Assembly: GCA_964057225.1 (NCBI GenBank)
Contig: OZ059900.1
Coordinates: 20,336,001-20,400,000, forward strand
Source of the DNA: Auanema rhodensis
Taxonomy: Eukaryota > Animalia > Nematoda
Reading direction: 5' to 3'
Length of the DNA: 64,000 bases
How positions within the stretch are numbered: position 1 is the stretch's first letter; each line of letters starts with the position of its first letter. The translations under genes were made by a program, and so were the position numbers. Positions 1-12,300 of the stretch are shown here, piece by piece. Under the pieces are notes generated by a model, which did no database searches, was not told the DNA's origin, and saw only the letters and a list, made by a program, of their open reading frames with translations.

Positions 1-342
1 CAAATGCAACGAATTTCAGCGTGTTACATACTAAAATGAAGCATTTTACATGCTGAACACTAGAAAAATACAAAAACACAGTATTTCCCATGAGAAATAT
101 TTTATTATGCTGGAAAACCAGTTTTTGGAAATTTCGCTGTAAACAAGGTTTTGACTTACGATTTCATGTGTTCAAACTCATGCAATGTCAATGAAACCTA
201 GCTCAAAATTGTTCGTACAACGTCTAGTTCCACTTTCACGACAAAAAAACAAGGGTTAGAAAATTAGGGAAATTAGCATATTCTGAGGGCACGCCCCTTA
301 TGGCTAATATTGATTAAATCGATTTTTGTTCATATGAGTCGT
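1..342 (+). repeat. Reference monomer (342 bp, ~34% GC) with A/T tracts and several short dyads
   Basis: Hand count gives 59 C and 57 G. Dyads: tatttcccatgagaaata (82-99, one mismatched pair), ctgg-aaaa-ccag (110-121), gaaatttc (128-135), gggc-ac-gccc (287-296), aaatcgattt (316-325), tcatatga (330-337). Confidence 0.95.
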
Positions 343-3300
343 CAAATGCAACGAATTTCAGCGTGTTACATACTAAAATGAAGCATTTTACATGCTGAAC
401 ACTAAAAAAATACAAAAACACAGTATTTCCCATGAGAAATATTTTATTATGCTGGAAAACCAGTTTTTGGAAATTTCGCTGTAAACAAGGTTTTGACTTA
501 CGATTTCATGTGTTCAAACTCATGCAATGTCAATGAAACCTAGCTCAAAATTGTTCGTACAACGTCTAGTTCCACTTTCACGACAAAAAACAGGGGTTAG
601 AAAATTAAGGAAATTAGCATATTCTGAGGGCACGCCCCTTATGGCTAATATTGATTAAATCGATTTTTGTTCATATGAGTCGTCAAATGCAACGAATTTC
701 AACGTGTTACATACTAAAATGAAGCATTTTACATGCTGAACACTAGAAAAATACAAAAACACAGTATTTCCCATGAGAAATATTTTATTATGCTGGAAAA
801 CCAGTTTTTGGAAATTTCGCTGTAAACAAGGTTTTGACTTACGATTTCATGTGTTCAAACTCATGCAATGTCAATGAAACCTAGCTCAAAATTGTTCGTA
901 CAACGTCTAGTTCCACTTTCACGACAAAAAAACAGGGGTTAGAAAATTAGGGAAATTAGCATATTCTGAGGGCACGCCCCTTATGGCTAGTATTGATTAA
1001 ATCGATTTTTGTTCATATGAGTCGTCAAATGCAACGAATTTCAGCGTGTTACATACTAAAATGAAACATTTTATATGCTGAACACTAGAAAAATACAAAA
1101 ACACAGTATTTCCCATGAGAAATATTTTATTATGCTGGAAAACCAGTTTTTGGAAATTTCGCTGTAAACAAGGTTTTGACTTACGATTTCATGTGTTCAA
1201 ACTCATGCAATGTCAATGAAACCTAGCTCAAAATTGTTTGTACAACGTCTAGTTCCACTTTCACGACAAAAAAAACAGGGGTTAGAAAATTAGGGAAATT
1301 AGCATATTCTGAGGGCACGCCCCTTATGGCTAATATTGATTAAATCGATTTTTGTTCATATGAGTCGTCAAATGCAACGAATTTCAGCGTGTTACATACT
1401 AAAATGAAGCATTTTACATGCTGAACACTAGAAAAATACAAAAACACAGTATTTCCCATGAGAAATATTTTATTATGCTGGAAAACCAGTTTTTGGAAAT
1501 TTCGCTGTAAACAAGGTTTTGACTTACGATTTCATGTGTTCAAACTCATGCAATGTCAATGAAACCTAGCTCAAAATTGTTCGTACAACGTCTAGTTCCA
1601 CTTTCACGACAAAAAAACAAGGGTTAGAAAATTAGGGAAATTAGCATATTCTGAGGGCACGCCCCTTATGGCTAATATAGATTAAATCGATTTTTGTTCA
1701 TATGAGTCGTCAAATGCAACGAATTTCAGCGTGTTACATACTAAAATGAAGCAATTTACATGCTGAACACTAAAAAAATACAAAAACACAGTATTTCTCA
1801 TGAGAAATATTTTATTATGCTGGAAAACCAGTTTTTGGAAATTTCGCTGTAAACAAGGTTTTGACTTACGATTTCATGTGTTCAAACTCATGCAATGTCA
1901 ATGAAACCTAGCTCAAAATTGTTCGTACAACGTCTAGTTCCACTTTCACGACAAAAAAACAGGGGTTAGAAAATTAAGGAAATTAGCATATTCTGAGGGC
2001 ACGCCCCTTATGGCTAATATTGATTAAATCGATTTTTGTTCATATGAGTCGTCAAATGCAACGAATTTCAGCGTGTTACATACTAAAATGAAGCATTTTA
2101 CATGCTGAACACTAGAAAAATACAAAAACACAGTATTTCCCATGAGAAATATTTTATTATGCTGGAAAACCAGTTTTTGGAAATTTCGCTGTAAACAAGG
2201 TTTTGACTTACGATTTCATGTGTTCAAACTCATGCAATGTCAATGAAACCTAGCTCAAAATTGTTCGTACAACGTCTAGTTCCACTTTCACGACAAAAAA
2301 ACAGGGGTTAGAAAATTAAGGAAATTAGCATATTCTGAGGGCACGCCCCTTATGGCTAATATTGATTAAATCGATTTTTGTTCATATGAGTCGTCAAATG
2401 CAACGAATTTCAGCGTGTTACATACTAAAATGAAGCATTTTACATGCTGAACACTAGAAAAATACAAAAACACAGTATTTCCCATGAGAAATATTTTATT
2501 ATGCTGGAAAACCAGTTTTTGGAAATTTCGCTGTAAACAAGGTTTTGACTTACGATTTCATGTGTTCAAACTCATGCAATGTCAATGAAACCTAGCTCAA
2601 AATTGTTCGTACAACGTCTAGTTCCACTTTCACGACAAAAAAACAAGGGTTAGAAAATTAGGGAAATTAGCATATTCTGAGGGCACGCCCCTTATGGCTA
2701 ATATTGATTAAATTGATTTTTGTTCATATGAGTCGTCAAATGCAACGAATTTCAGCGTGTTACATACTAAAATGAAGCATTTTACATGCTGAACACTAAA
2801 AAAATACAAAAACACAGTATTTCTCATGAGAAATATTTTATTATGCTGGAAAACCAGTTTTTGGAAATTTCGCTGTAAACAAGGTTTTGACTTACGATTT
2901 CATGTGTTCAAACTCATGCAATGTCAATGAAACCTAGCTCAAAATTGTTCGTACAACGTCTAGTTCCACTTTCACGACAAAAAAACAGGGGTTAGAAAAT
3001 TAAGGAAATTAGCATATTCTGAGGGCACGCCCCTTATGGCTAATATTGATTAAATCGATTTTTGTTCATATGAGTCGTCAAATGCAACGAATTTCAGCGT
3101 GTTACATACTAAAATGAAGCATTTTACATGCTGAACACTAGAAAAATACAAAAACACAGTATTTCCCATGAGAAATATTTTATTATGCTGGAAAACCAGT
3201 TTTTGGAAATTTCGCTGTAAACAAGGTTTTGACTTACGATTTCATGTGTTCAAACTCATGCAATGTCAATGAAACCTAGCTCAAAATTGTTCGTACAACG

Positions 3301-6300
3301 TCTAGTTCCACTTTCACGACAAAAAAACAAGGGTTAGAAAATTAGGGAAATTAGCATATTCTGAGGGCACGCCCCTTATGGCTAATATTGATTAAATCGA
3401 TTTTTGTTCATATGAGTCGTCAAATGCAACGAATTTCAGCGTGTTACATACTAAAATGAAGCATTTTACATGCTGAACACTAAAAAAATACAAAAACACA
3501 GTATTTCCCATGAGAAATATTTTATTATGCTGGAAAACCAGTTTTTGGAAATTTCGCTGTAAACAAGGTTTTGACTTACGATTTCATGTGTTCAAACTCA
3601 TGCAATGTCAATGAAACCTAGCTCAAAATTGTTCGTACAACGTCTAGTTCCACTTTCACGACAAAAAACAGGGGTTAGAAAATTAAGGAAATTAGCATAT
3701 TCTGAGGGCACGCCCCTTATGGCTAATATTGATTAAATCGATTTTTGTTCATATGAGTCGTCAAATGCAACGAATTTCAACGTGTTACATACTAAAATGA
3801 AGCATTTTACATGCTGAACACTAGAAAAATACAAAAACACAGTATTTCCCATGAGAAATATTTTATTATGCTGGAAAACCAGTTTTTGGAAATTTCGCTG
3901 TAAACAAGGTTTTGACTTACGATTTCATGTGTTCAAACTCATGCAATGTCAATGAAACCTAGCTCAAAATTGTTCGTACAACGTCTAGTTCCACTTTCAC
4001 GACAAAAAAACAGGGGTTAGAAAATTAGGGAAATTAGCATATTCTGAGGGCACGCCCCTTATGGCTAGTATTGATTAAATCGATTTTTGTTCATATGAGT
4101 CGTCAAATGCAACGAATTTCAGCGTGTTACATACTAAAATGAAGCATTTTACATGCTGAACACTAGAAAAATACAAAAACACAGTATTTCCCATGAGAAA
4201 TATTTTATTATGCTGGAAAACCAGTTTTTGGAAATTTCGCTGTAAACAAGGTTTTGACTTACGATTTCATGTGTTCAAACTCATGCAATGTCAATGAAAC
4301 CTAGCTCAAAATTGTTTGTACAACGTCTAGTTCCACTTTCACGACAAAAAAAACAGGGGTTAGAAAATTAGGGAAATTAGCATATTCTGAGGGCACGCCC
4401 CTTATGGCTAATATTGATTAAATCGATTTTTGTTCATATGAGTCGTCAAATGCAACGAGTTTCAGCGTGTTACATACTAAAATGAAGCATTTTACATGCT
4501 GAACACTAGAAAAATACAAAAACACAGTATTTCCCATGAGAAATATTTTATTATGCTGGAAAACCAGTTTTTGGAAATTTCGCTGTAAACAAGGTTTTGA
4601 CTTACGATTTCATGTGTTCAAACTCATGCAATGTCAATGAAACCTAGCTCAAAATTGTTCGTACAACGTCTAGTTCCACTTTCACGACAAAAAAACAGGG
4701 GTTAGAAAATTAAGGAAATTAGCATATTCTGAGGGCACGCCCCTTATGGCTAATATTGATTAAATCGATTTTTGTTCATATGAGTCGTCAAATGCAACGA
4801 ATTTCAGCGTGTTACATACTAAAATGAAGCATTTTACATGCTGAACACTAGAAAAATACAAAAACACAGTATTTCCCATGAGAAATATTTTATTATGCTG
4901 GAAAACCAGTTTTTGGAAATTTCGCTGTAAACAAGGTTTTGACTTACGATTTCATGTGTTCAAACTCATGCAATGTCAATGAAACCTAGCTCAAAATTGT
5001 TCGTACAACGTCTAGTTCCACTTTCACGACAAAAAAACAGGGGTTAGAAAATTAAGGAAATTAGCATATTCTGAGGGCACGCCCCTTATGGCTAATATTG
5101 ATTAAATCGATTTTTGTTCATATGAGTCGTCAAATGCAACGAATTTCAGCGTGTTACATACTAAAATGAAGCATTTTACATGCTGAACACTAGAAAAATA
5201 CAAAAACACAGTATTTCCCATGAGAAATATTTTATTATGCTGGAAAACCAGTTTTTGGAAATTTCGCTGTAAACAAGGTTTTGACTTACGATTTCATGTG
5301 TTCAAACTCATGCAATGTCAATGAAACCTAGCTCAAAATTGTTCGTACAACGTCTAGTTCCACTTTCACGACAAAAAAACAGGGGTTAGAAAATTAAGGA
5401 AATTAGCATATTCTGAGGGCACGCCCCTTATGGCTAATATTGATTAAATCGATTTTTGTTCATATGAGTCGTCAAATGCAACGAATTTCAGCGTGTTACA
5501 TACTAAAATGAAGCATTTTACATGCTGAACACTAGAAAAATACAAAAACACAGTATTTCCCATGAGAAATATTTTATTATGCTGGAAAACCAGTTTTTGG
5601 AAATTTCGCTGTAAACAAGGTTTTGACTTACGATTTCATGTGTTCAAACTCATGCAATGTCAATGAAACCTAGCTCAAAATTGTTCGTACAACGTCTAGT
5701 TCCACTTTCACGACAAAAAAACAAGGGTTAGAAAATTAGGGAAATTAGCATATTCTGAGGGCACGCCCCTTATGGCTAATATTGATTAAATCGATTTTTG
5801 TTCATATGAGTCGTCAAATGCAACGAATTTCAGCGTGTTACATACTAAAATGAAGCATTTTACATGCTGAACACTAAAAAAATACAAAAACACAGTATTT
5901 CTCATGAGAAATATTTTATTATGCTGGAAAACCAGTTTTTGGAAATTTCGCTGTAAACAAGGTTTTGACTTACGATTTCATGTGTTCAAACTCATGCAAT
6001 GTCAATGAAACCTAGCTCAAAATTGTTCGTACAACGTCTAGTTCCACTTTCACGACAAAAAAACAGGGGTTAGAAAATTAAGGAAATTAGCATATTCTGA
6101 GGGCACGCCCCTTATGGCTAATATTGATTAAATCGATTTTTGTTCATATGAGTCGTCAAATGCAACGAATTTCAGCGTGGTACATACTACAATGAAGCAT
6201 TTTACATGCTGAACACTAGAAAAATACAAAAACACAGTATTTCCCATGAGAAATATTTTATTATGCTGGAAAACCAGTTTTTGGAAATTTCGCTGTAAAC

Positions 6301-9300
6301 AAGGTTTTGACTTACGATTTCATGTGTTCAAACTCATGCAATGTCAATGAAACCTAGCTCAAAATTGTTCGTACAACGTCTAGTTCCACTTTCACGACAA
6401 AAAAACAGGGGTTAGAAAATTAAGGAAATTAGCATATTCTGAGGGCACGCCCCTTATGGCTAATATTGATTAAATCGATTTTTGTTCATATGAGTCGTCA
6501 AATGCAACGAATTTCAGCGTGTTACATACTAAAATGAAGCATTTTACATGCTGAACACTAGAAAAATACAAAAACACAGTATTTCCCATGAGAAATATTT
6601 TATTATGCTGGAAAACCAGTTTTTGGAAATTTCGCTGTAAACAAGGTTTTGACTTACGATTTCATGTGTTCAAACTCATGCAATGTCAATGAAACCTAGC
6701 TCAAAATTGTTCGTACAACGTCTAGTTCCACTTTCACGACAAAAAAACAAGGGTTAGAAAATTAGGGAAATTAGCATATTCTGAGGGCACGCCCCTTATG
6801 GCTAATATTGATTAAATCGATTTTTGTTCATATGAGTCGTCAAATGCAACGAATTTCAGCGTGTTACATACTAAAATGAAGCATTTTACATGCTGAACAC
6901 TAAAAAAATACAAAAACACAGTATTTCCCATGAGAAATATTTTATTATGCTGGAAAACCAGTTTTTGGAAATTTCGCTGTAAACAAGGTTTTGACTTACG
7001 ATTTCATGTGTTCAAACTCATGCAATGTCAATGAAACCTAGCTCAAAATTGTTCGTACAACGTCTAGTTCCACTTTCACGACAAAAAACAGGGGTTAGAA
7101 AATTAAGGAAATTAGCATATTCTGAGGGCACGCCCCTTATGGCTAATATTGATTAAATCGATTTTTGTTCATATGAGTCGTCAAATGCAACGAATTTCAA
7201 CGTGTTACATACTAAAATGAAGCATTTTACATGCTGAACACTAGAAAAATACAAAAACACAGTATTTCCCATGAGAAATATTTTATTATGCTGGAAAACC
7301 AGTTTTTGGAAATTTCGCTGTAAACAAGGTTTTGACTTACGATTTCATGTGTTCAAACTCATGCAATGTCAATGAAACCTAGCTCAAAATTGTTCGTACA
7401 ACGTCTAGTTCCACTTTCACGACAAAAAAACAGGGGTTAGAAAATTAGGGAAATTAGCATATTCTGAGGGCACGCCCCTTATGGCTAGTATTGATTAAAT
7501 CGATTTTTGTTCATATGAGTCGTCAAATGCAACGAATTTCAGCGTGTTACATACTAAAATGAAACATTTTACATGCTGAACACTAGAAAAATACAAAAAC
7601 ACAGTATTTCCCATGAGAAATATTTTATTATGCTGGAAAACCAGTTTTTGGAAATTTCGCTGTAAACAAGGTTTTGACTTACGATTTCATGTGTTCAAAC
7701 TCATGCAATGTCAATGAAACCTAGCTCAAAATTGTTTGTACAACGTCTAGTTCCACTTTCACGACAAAAAAAACAGGGGTTAGAAAATTAGGGAAATTAG
7801 CATATTCTGAGGGCACGCCCCTTATGGCTAATATTGATTAAATCGATTTTTGTTCATATGAGTCGTCAAATGCAACGAGTTTCAGCGTGTTACATACTAA
7901 AATGAAGCATTTTACATGCTGAACACTAGAAAAATACAAAAACACAGTATTTCCCATGAGAAATATTTTATTATGCTGGAAAACCAGTTTTTGGAAATTT
8001 CGCTGTAAACAAGGTTTTGACTTACGATTTCATGTGTTCAAACTCATGCAATGTCAATGAAACCTAGCTCAAAATTGTTCGTACAACGTCTAGTTCCACT
8101 TTCACGACAAAAAAACAGGGGTTAGAAAATTAAGGAAATTAGCATATTCTGAGGGCACGCCCCTTATGGCTAATATTGATTAAATCGATTTTTGTTCATA
8201 TGAGTCGTCAAATGCAACGAATTTCAGCGTGTTACATACTAAAATGAAGCATTTTACATGCTGAACACTAGAAAAATACAAAAACACAGTATTTCCCATG
8301 AGAAATATTTTATTATGCTGGAAAACCAGTTTTTGGAAATTTCGCTGTAAACAAGGTTTTGACTTACGATTTCATGTGTTCAAACTCATGCAATGTCAAT
8401 GAAACCTAGCTCAAAATTGTTCGTACAACGTCTAGTTCCACTTTCACGACAAAAAAACAGGGGTTAGAAAATTAGGGAAATTAGCATATTCTGAGCGCAC
8501 GCCCCTTATGGCTAATATTGATTAAATCGATTTTTGTTCATATGAGTCGTCAAATGCAACGAATTTCAGCGTGTTACATACTAAAATGAAGCATTTTACA
8601 TGCTGAACACTAAAAAAATACAAAAACACAGTATTTCCCATGAGAAATATTTTATTATGCTGGAAAACCAGTTTTTGGAAATTTCGCTGTAAACAAGGTT
8701 TTGACTTACGATTTCATGTGTTCAAACTCATGCAATGTCAATGAAACCTAGCTCAAAATTGTTCGTACAACGTCTAGTTCCACTTTCACGACAAAAAACA
8801 GGGGTTAGAAAATTAAGGAAATTAGTATATTCTGAGGGCACGCCCCTTATGGCTAATATTGATTAAATCGATTTTTGTTCATATGAGTCGTCAAATGCAA
8901 CGAATTTCAACGTGTTACATACTAAAATGAAGCATTTTACATGCTGAACACTAGAAAAATACAAAAACACAGTATTTCCCATGAGAAATATTTTATTATG
9001 CTGGAAAACCAGTTTTTGGAAATTTCGCTGTAAACAAGGTTTTGACTTACGATTTCATGTGTTCAAACTCATGCAATGTCAATGAAACCTAGCTCAAAAT
9101 TGTTCGTACAACGTCTAGTTCCACTTTCACGACAAAAAAACAAGGGTTAGAAAATTAGGGAAATTAGCATATTCTGAGGGCACGCCCCTTATGGGTAATA
9201 TTGATTAAATCGATTTTTGTTCATATGAGTCGTCAAATGCAACGAATTTCGGCGTGTTACATACTAAAATGAAGCATTTTACATGCTGAACACTAGAAAA

Positions 9301-12300
9301 ATACAAAAACACAGTATTTCCCATGAGAAATATTTTATTATGCTGGAAAACCAGTTTTTGGAAATTTCGCTGTAAACAAGGTTTTGACTTACGATTTCAT
9401 GTGTTCAAACTCATGCAATGTCAATGAAACCTAGCTCAAAATTGTTCGTACAACGTCTAGTTCCACTTTCACGACAAAAAAATAGGGGTTAGAAAATTAG
9501 GGAAATTAGCATATTCTGAGCGCACGCCCCTTATGGCTAATATTGATTAAATCGATTTTTGTTCATATGAGTCGTCAAATGCAACGAATTTCAGCGTGTT
9601 ACATACTAAAATGAAGCATTTTACATGCTGAACACTAGAAAAATACAAAAACACAGTATTTCCCATGAGAAATATTTTATTATACTGGAAAACCAGTTTT
9701 TGGAAATTTCGCTGTAAACAAGGTTTTGACTTACGATTTCATGTGTTCAAACTCATGCAATGTCAATGAAACCTAGCTCAAAATTGTTCGTACAACGTCT
9801 AGTTCCACTTTCACGACAAAAAAACAAGGGTTAGAAAATTAGGGAAATTAGCATATTCTGAGGGCACGCCCCTTATGGCTAATATTGATTAAATCGATTT
9901 TTGTTCATATGAGTCGTCAAATGCAACGAATTTCAGCGTGTTACATACTAAAATGAAGCATTTTACATGCTGAACACTAGAAAAATACAAAAACACAGTA
10001 TTTCCCATGAGAAATATTTTATTATGCTGGAAAACCAGTTTTTGGAAATTTCGCTGTAAACAAGGTTTTGACTTACGATTTCATGTGTTCAAACTCATGC
10101 AATGTCAATGAAACCTAGCTCAAAATTGTTCGTACAACGTCTAGTTCCACTTTCACGACAAAAAAACAGGGGTTAGAAAATTAAGGAAATTAGCATATTC
10201 TGAGGGCACGCCCCTTATGGCTAATATTGATTAAATCGATTTTTGTTCATATGAGTCGTCAAATGCAACGAATTTCAGCGTGTTACATACTAAAATGAAG
10301 CATTTTACATGCTGAACACTAGAAAAATACAAAAACACAGTATTTCCCATGAGAAATATTTTATTATGCTGGAAAACCAGTTTTTGGAAATTTCGCTGTA
10401 AACAAGGTTTTGACTTACGATTTCATGTGTTCAAACTCATGCAATGTCAATGAAACCTAGCTCAAAATTGTTCGTACAACGTCTAGTTCCACTTTCACGA
10501 CAAAAAAACAGGGGTTAGAAAATTAAGGAAATTAGCATATTCTGAGGGCACGCCCCTTATGGCTAATATTGATTAAATCGATTTTTGTTCATATGAGTCG
10601 TCAAATGCAACGAATTTCAGCGTGTTACATACTAAAATGAAGCATTTTACATGCTGAACACTAGAAAAATACAAAAACACAGTATTTCCCATGAGAAATA
10701 TTTTATTATGCTGGAAAACCAGTTTTTGGAAATTTCGCTGTAAACAAGGTTTTGACTTACGATTTCATGTGTTCAAACTCATGCAATGTCAATGAAACCT
10801 AGCTCAAAATTGTTCGTACAACGTCTAGTTCCACTTTCACGACAAAAAAACAAGGGTTAGAAAATTAGGGAAATTAGCATATTCTGAGGGCACGCCCCTT
10901 ATGGCTAATATTGATTAAATCGATTTTTGTTCATATGAGTCGTCAAATGCAACGAATTTCAGCGTGTTACATACTAAAATGAAGCATTTTACATGCTGAA
11001 CACTAGAAAAATACAAAAACACAGTATTTCCCATGAGAAATATTTTATTATGCTGGAAAACCAGTTTTTGGAAATTTCGCTGTAAACAAGGTTTTGACTT
11101 ACGATTTCATGTGTTCAAACTCATGCAATGTCAATGAAACCTAGCTCAAAATTGTTCGTACAACGTCTAGTTCCACTTTCACGACAAAAAAACAGGGGTT
11201 AGAAAATTAAGGAAATTAGCATATTCTGAGGGCACGCCCCTTATGGCTAATATTGATTAAATCGATTTTTGTTCATATGAGTCGTCAAATGCAACGAATT
11301 TCAGCGTGTTACATACTAAAATGAAGCATTTTACATGCTGAACACTAGAAAAATACAAAAACACAGTATTTCCCATGAGAAATATTTTATTATGCTGGAA
11401 AACCAGTTTTTGGAAATTTCGCTGTAAACAAGGTTTTGACTTACGATTTCATGTGTTCAAACTCATGCAATGTCAATGAAACCTAGCTCAAAATTGTTCG
11501 TACAACGTCTAGTTCCACTTTCACGACAAAAAAACAGGGGTTAGAAAATTAAGGAAATTAGCATATTCTGAGGGCACGCCCCTTATGGCTAATATTGATT
11601 AAATCGATTTTTGTTCATATGAGTCGTCAAATGCAACGAATTTCAGCGTGTTACATACTAAAATGAAGCATTTTACATGCTGAACACTAGAAAAATACAA
11701 AAACACAGTATTTCCCATGAGAAATATTTTATTATGCTGGAAAACCAGTTTTTGGAAATTTCGCTGTAAACAAGGTTTTGACTTACGATTTCATGTGTTC
11801 AAACTCATGCAATGTCAATGAAACCTAGCTCAAAATTGTTCGTACAACGTCTAGTTCCACTTTCACGACAAAAAAACAAGGGTTAGAAAATTAGGGAAAT
11901 TAGCATATTCTGAGGGCACGCCCCTTATGGCTAATATTGATTAAATCGATTTTTGTTCATATGAGTCGTCAAATGCAACGAATTTCAGCGTGTTACATAC
12001 TAAAATGAAGCATTTTACATGCTGAACACTAAAAAAATACAAAAACACAGTATTTCCCATGAGAAATATTTTATTATGCTGGAAAACCAGTTTTTGGAAA
12101 TTTCGCTGTAAACAAGGTTTTGACTTACGATTTCATGTGTTCAAACTCATGCAATGTCAATGAAACCTAGCTCAAAATTGTTCGTACAACGTCTAGTTCC
12201 ACTTTCACGACAAAAAAACAGGGGTTAGAAAATTAGGGAAATTAGCATATTCTGAGGGCACGCCCCTTATGGCTAATATTGATTAAATCGATTTTTGTTC

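Noticed and set aside
11-179. Possible ancient internal subrepeat (gaatttcagcgtgttaca at 11 vs gaaatttcgctgtaaaca at 128) or a 2 x 171 dimer structure
   Set aside because: The similarity is short and gapped in AT-rich sequence, and I could not align the two 171-bp halves by eye. It needs a self-alignment with shuffled controls.
253-276. Telomere-like motif (gggttag-aaaa-ttaggg-aaa-ttag)
   Set aside because: There is only one TTAGG(G) per monomer. It is polymorphic (ttaagg in most copies) and not tandem, so it is insufficient evidence for a telomeric origin or a G-quadruplex.
1-342. Tandem RNA gene array (5S rRNA, tRNA, snRNA, spliced leader)
   Set aside because: I could not recognise 5S, tRNA cloverleaf, Pol III A/B/C-box or SL signatures, and the unit is very AT-rich. 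An Infernal/Rfam scan would settle it.
1-342. Assignment to a named satellite family or species
   Set aside because: Length and composition resemble insect (for example beetle) major satellites, but I cannot confirm sequence identity without a database search.
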